From: Gammaproteobacteria bacterium
GTDB lineage: Bacteria > Pseudomonadota > Gammaproteobacteria > Steroidobacterales > PWYM01
Reading direction: 5' to 3'
Length of the DNA stretch: 64,000 nucleotides
Assembly: GCA_020832005.1 (NCBI GenBank)
Contig: JAFIFN010000001.1
Span: 9,775-73,774, forward strand
The notes beneath the pieces are model-generated. The model had not been told where the DNA came from. It did not search any database and saw only the letters and a program-made list of their open reading frames with translations. Each line of letters opens with the position of its first letter. Within the stretch, counting starts at the first letter, position 1. Shown here piece by piece: positions 61,986 to 64,000 of the stretch. The position numbers and the translations under genes are program-made.

Positions 61986-64000
61986 GGTGGCTAGTGTAGC
62001 AGCGTGTCACACAATCTCGATCAACGATCAGCGACAGACACTTGGCTACCAGCTCAGGGCTGCGAATCGGTTTGCTGGCGAAGTCGTCGAATCCGGCCGC
62101 CAGGCACTGCCGCCGGTCCTGCTCCAGCGCATGCGCCGTGAGCGCGAGAATGGGCAGGGTCTCGCCAGCATCGCGCAGGCTGCGAACCAGCGCGTAGCCA
62201 TCCATCTCGGGCATCTGGATGTCACTGACCAGCAGATCAACGCGCCGACCCTCGGCACGGCAGCGTGCCAGGGCCTCCAGCGCCCGCAAACCATTGTCGC
62301 AGATCACGAGACTCGCCCCGGCGCGTCGCAGGTGATAGCCGATGAGGCGCTGATTGTCCGGCCCGTCCTCGGCGAGCAGGATCCAGCGACCGGCCAGCGG
62401 CGGTTGCTCACAGCTCGCAGGCACGATCGTGGCAGCTTCGACATCGGCGCTCTGCAATGCCGTGTCCAATTCAGCCGTGTCGAACTCAATTGTGGGCTGG
62501 ACCATCTCCAGCCGCTCCCACGGTCCCAAGGCAAGCGCGAGTTCGAAACGACTGCCGTGACCCTGGTGGGAGTCGCCGCGAATTTCTCCGCCGAGCATAC
62601 GAGCCAATTCATGACTGATACTCAGGCCCAGGCCGCTGCCGCCGAAACGACGGCTCATGCTGTCGTCTGCCTGGGAGAACGCAGCGAATCTCAGCACGCG
62701 GGTCAGTTCATCCGGACTCATGCCTACACCGGTGTCGCACACTACGAAGCTCAGACTGGCCTGACCCTCGTCATCGCGCTGACAGGCAAGCTCGATCGTG
62801 ACCGCACCTTGTGAGGTGAACTTGATGGCGTTTCCGACCAGGTTGATCAGAATCTGTCGCAGCCGCGTGGGATCGGAAACAACGCTGCGCGGCAGCTCGC
62901 CATGACAATGCACTGAAAGTGCCAGCGACTTTGCAGTAGCCTGGGGCTTGAGCAACGCCACCACATCGTGGACCACCGCAGCCGGTGCGACATCGATACG
63001 CTCGACGCTCATTCTGCCCGCCTCGATACGCGACATGTCCAGCACGTCATTGATCACTGCGAGCAGGTGATGTGCGTTGCCGCGAATGCTCTGCACGGCC
63101 TCATCAACAAGCGCTGGCTGGGCGCGAAAATGTGCATCCTCGAGCAGATCCGCGTAACCCGTGATCGAGGTCAGCGGCGTGCGGATTTCGTGGCTCATAT
63201 TTGCGAGAAACGCGCTTTTCGCACGGCTCGCGGCTGCGGCCTGCTCCAGCGCCTGCTCCAGGTTCAGCCGTTGACTGACCTGCTCGGAAATATCGATGTT
63301 CACCCCAGCGATCTCGAGGGGATGTCCGTGCGCATCCTGGCTCAGGACGGTCACGACCGAGCGGATCCAGACCCAGTCGCCACTACGATGACACATTCGA
63401 AAATCGAACGCGTGGAGCTGCTCGGGTTTTTCATCAACCGCCAGGATGGCTTGCTTCAGTCGCGGCTGATCCTGCGGATGCAGCAATGCTTGCAGGGCCT
63501 GGTAATCCAGCGTCCGCATCGATTCTTGCGGATAGCCCAGCATCTCGACCCAGCGCCGGTCGACATGAAAGGTGCGCGTCTCCACCACATACGACCACGT
63601 GCCGATACGCGTGGCCGAAACGATATGCCCGGCCTGTCGCCTGCTTCGCGCCAGTTTCCGTGCATGACCGCGAACCTCCTGTAATGCCGGCATCAGCAGC
63701 AGTGACATCAGTACCACTACGAGCACTATGAAGCCCAGGCGCGCCCAACCCTCCTGCACCTGCAGTTGCCGCAGGCTGGCAACCTGCAGTGCTCGATACT
63801 CGGCGGTCAACTGACGCTGTAGCGGCTCGAGCATCGCGCCGAGTGCCAGCATTCCTTCAATTGTCTCCCCCTGGCTCGACGCGCCGCTGCTGTATCGCTC
63901 CATCAACCCGTCGAGTTGCCGTCGCCCGTCGGCTAGGGGCCGACGAAGCTCGGACGCAAACCCTGGGCGACGATTCATATCTGCCGCCAACACGGCAAAA
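61936..64000 (-). CDS. Hybrid sensor histidine kinase (TM, PAS, HisKA, HATPase_c, receiver); 5' end probably beyond window end
   Basis: H-box SHEIRTPLTSI, N/G boxes (NLVGNAIKFT, DTGVGM, GGSGLGLSI), C-terminal REC (LLAEDGPDNQ...LLVSDIQMPEMDGY). The reading frame stays open from GTG 63993 to the last base of the window. Confidence 0.88.
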   Translation of the reverse strand, partial: FAVLAADMNRRPGFASELRRPLADGRRQLDGLMERYSSGASSQGETIEGMLALGAMLEPLQRQLTAEYRALQVASLRQLQVQEGWARLGFIVLVVVLMSLLLMPALQEVRGHARKLARSRRQAGHIVSATRIGTWSYVVETRTFHVDRRWVEMLGYPQESMRTLDYQALQALLHPQDQPRLKQAILAVDEKPEQLHAFDFRMCHRSGDWVWIRSVVTVLSQDAHGHPLEIAGVNIDISEQVSQRLNLEQALEQAAAASRAKSAFLANMSHEIRTPLTSITGYADLLEDAHFRAQPALVDEAVQSIRGNAHHLLAVINDVLDMSRIEAGRMSVERIDVAPAAVVHDVVALLKPQATAKSLALSVHCHGELPRSVVSDPTRLRQILINLVGNAIKFTSQGAVTIELACQRDDEGQASLSFVVCDTGVGMSPDELTRVLRFAAFSQADDSMSRRFGGSGLGLSISHELARMLGGEIRGDSHQGHGSRFELALALGPWERLEMVQPTIEFDTAELDTALQSADVEAATIVPASCEQPPLAGRWILLAEDGPDNQRLIGYHLRRAGASLVICDNGLRALEALARCRAEGRRVDLLVSDIQMPEMDGYALVRSLRDAGETLPILALTAHALEQDRRQCLAAGFDDFASKPIRSPELVAKCLSLIVDRDCVTRCYTSHHVHDNAESDPFAVNCR

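Overview
GC-rich chromosomal segment of gammaproteobacterial type. All family calls come from reading motifs by eye, with no BLAST or HMM run. Positions 1-42.3 kb hold a nearly complete polar-flagellum regulon of the FleQ / sigma54 / sigma28 type, mostly on the minus strand. In window order it reads: flhA (partial)-flhB-fliRQPONML; fliK; fliJIHGFE preceded by a receiver-less sigma54 activator; fleQ; a PilZ-like gene with fliT; fliS; fliD; flaG; a single flagellin fliC; a TPR-sulfotransferase fusion; flgLKJIHGFEDCB; cheV. These are followed by flgA-flgM-flgN, a sensor-less MCP and a YcgR/FlgZ-type PilZ protein on the plus strand, then two HDOD proteins-motB-motA on the minus strand. Positions 42.4-64 kb are a housekeeping block: kdsB-lpxK-msbA-exbD-exbB-comEC, DUF2062, lolD/E/C, mfd, a CsiV-like gene, a PAS-degenerate GGDEF protein, a 5'-methylthio-nucleoside (MTA/MTI) phosphorylase, hpt, nagZ, an L,D-transpeptidase and a hybrid histidine kinase that runs off the window end. 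I read eight sigma54 -24/-12 elements (TGGCAC-N5-TTGC; six strong, two weak) and seven sigma28 elements (TCAAGTT-N12-GCCGATA) directly from the intergenic DNA. They define the operons and correct several start codons in the ORF track. The most interesting items are: (1) a TPR-sulfotransferase translationally coupled to flgL in the flgL-fliC flagellin-modification slot, under a sigma28 promoter, which is a candidate flagellin sulfation system; (2) a sigma28-driven MCP without a periplasmic domain paired with a PilZ protein, converging on a motAB operon that ends in two tandem HDOD paralogues; (3) a receiver-less FleT-like activator fused into the fliE operon, with no FleS/FleR pair seen; (4) a (GA)5 tract in the spacer of the fliC promoter. 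No tRNA, rRNA, CRISPR or mobile element was seen. Most long plus-strand ORFs in the track are antisense shadows typical of GC-rich DNA.
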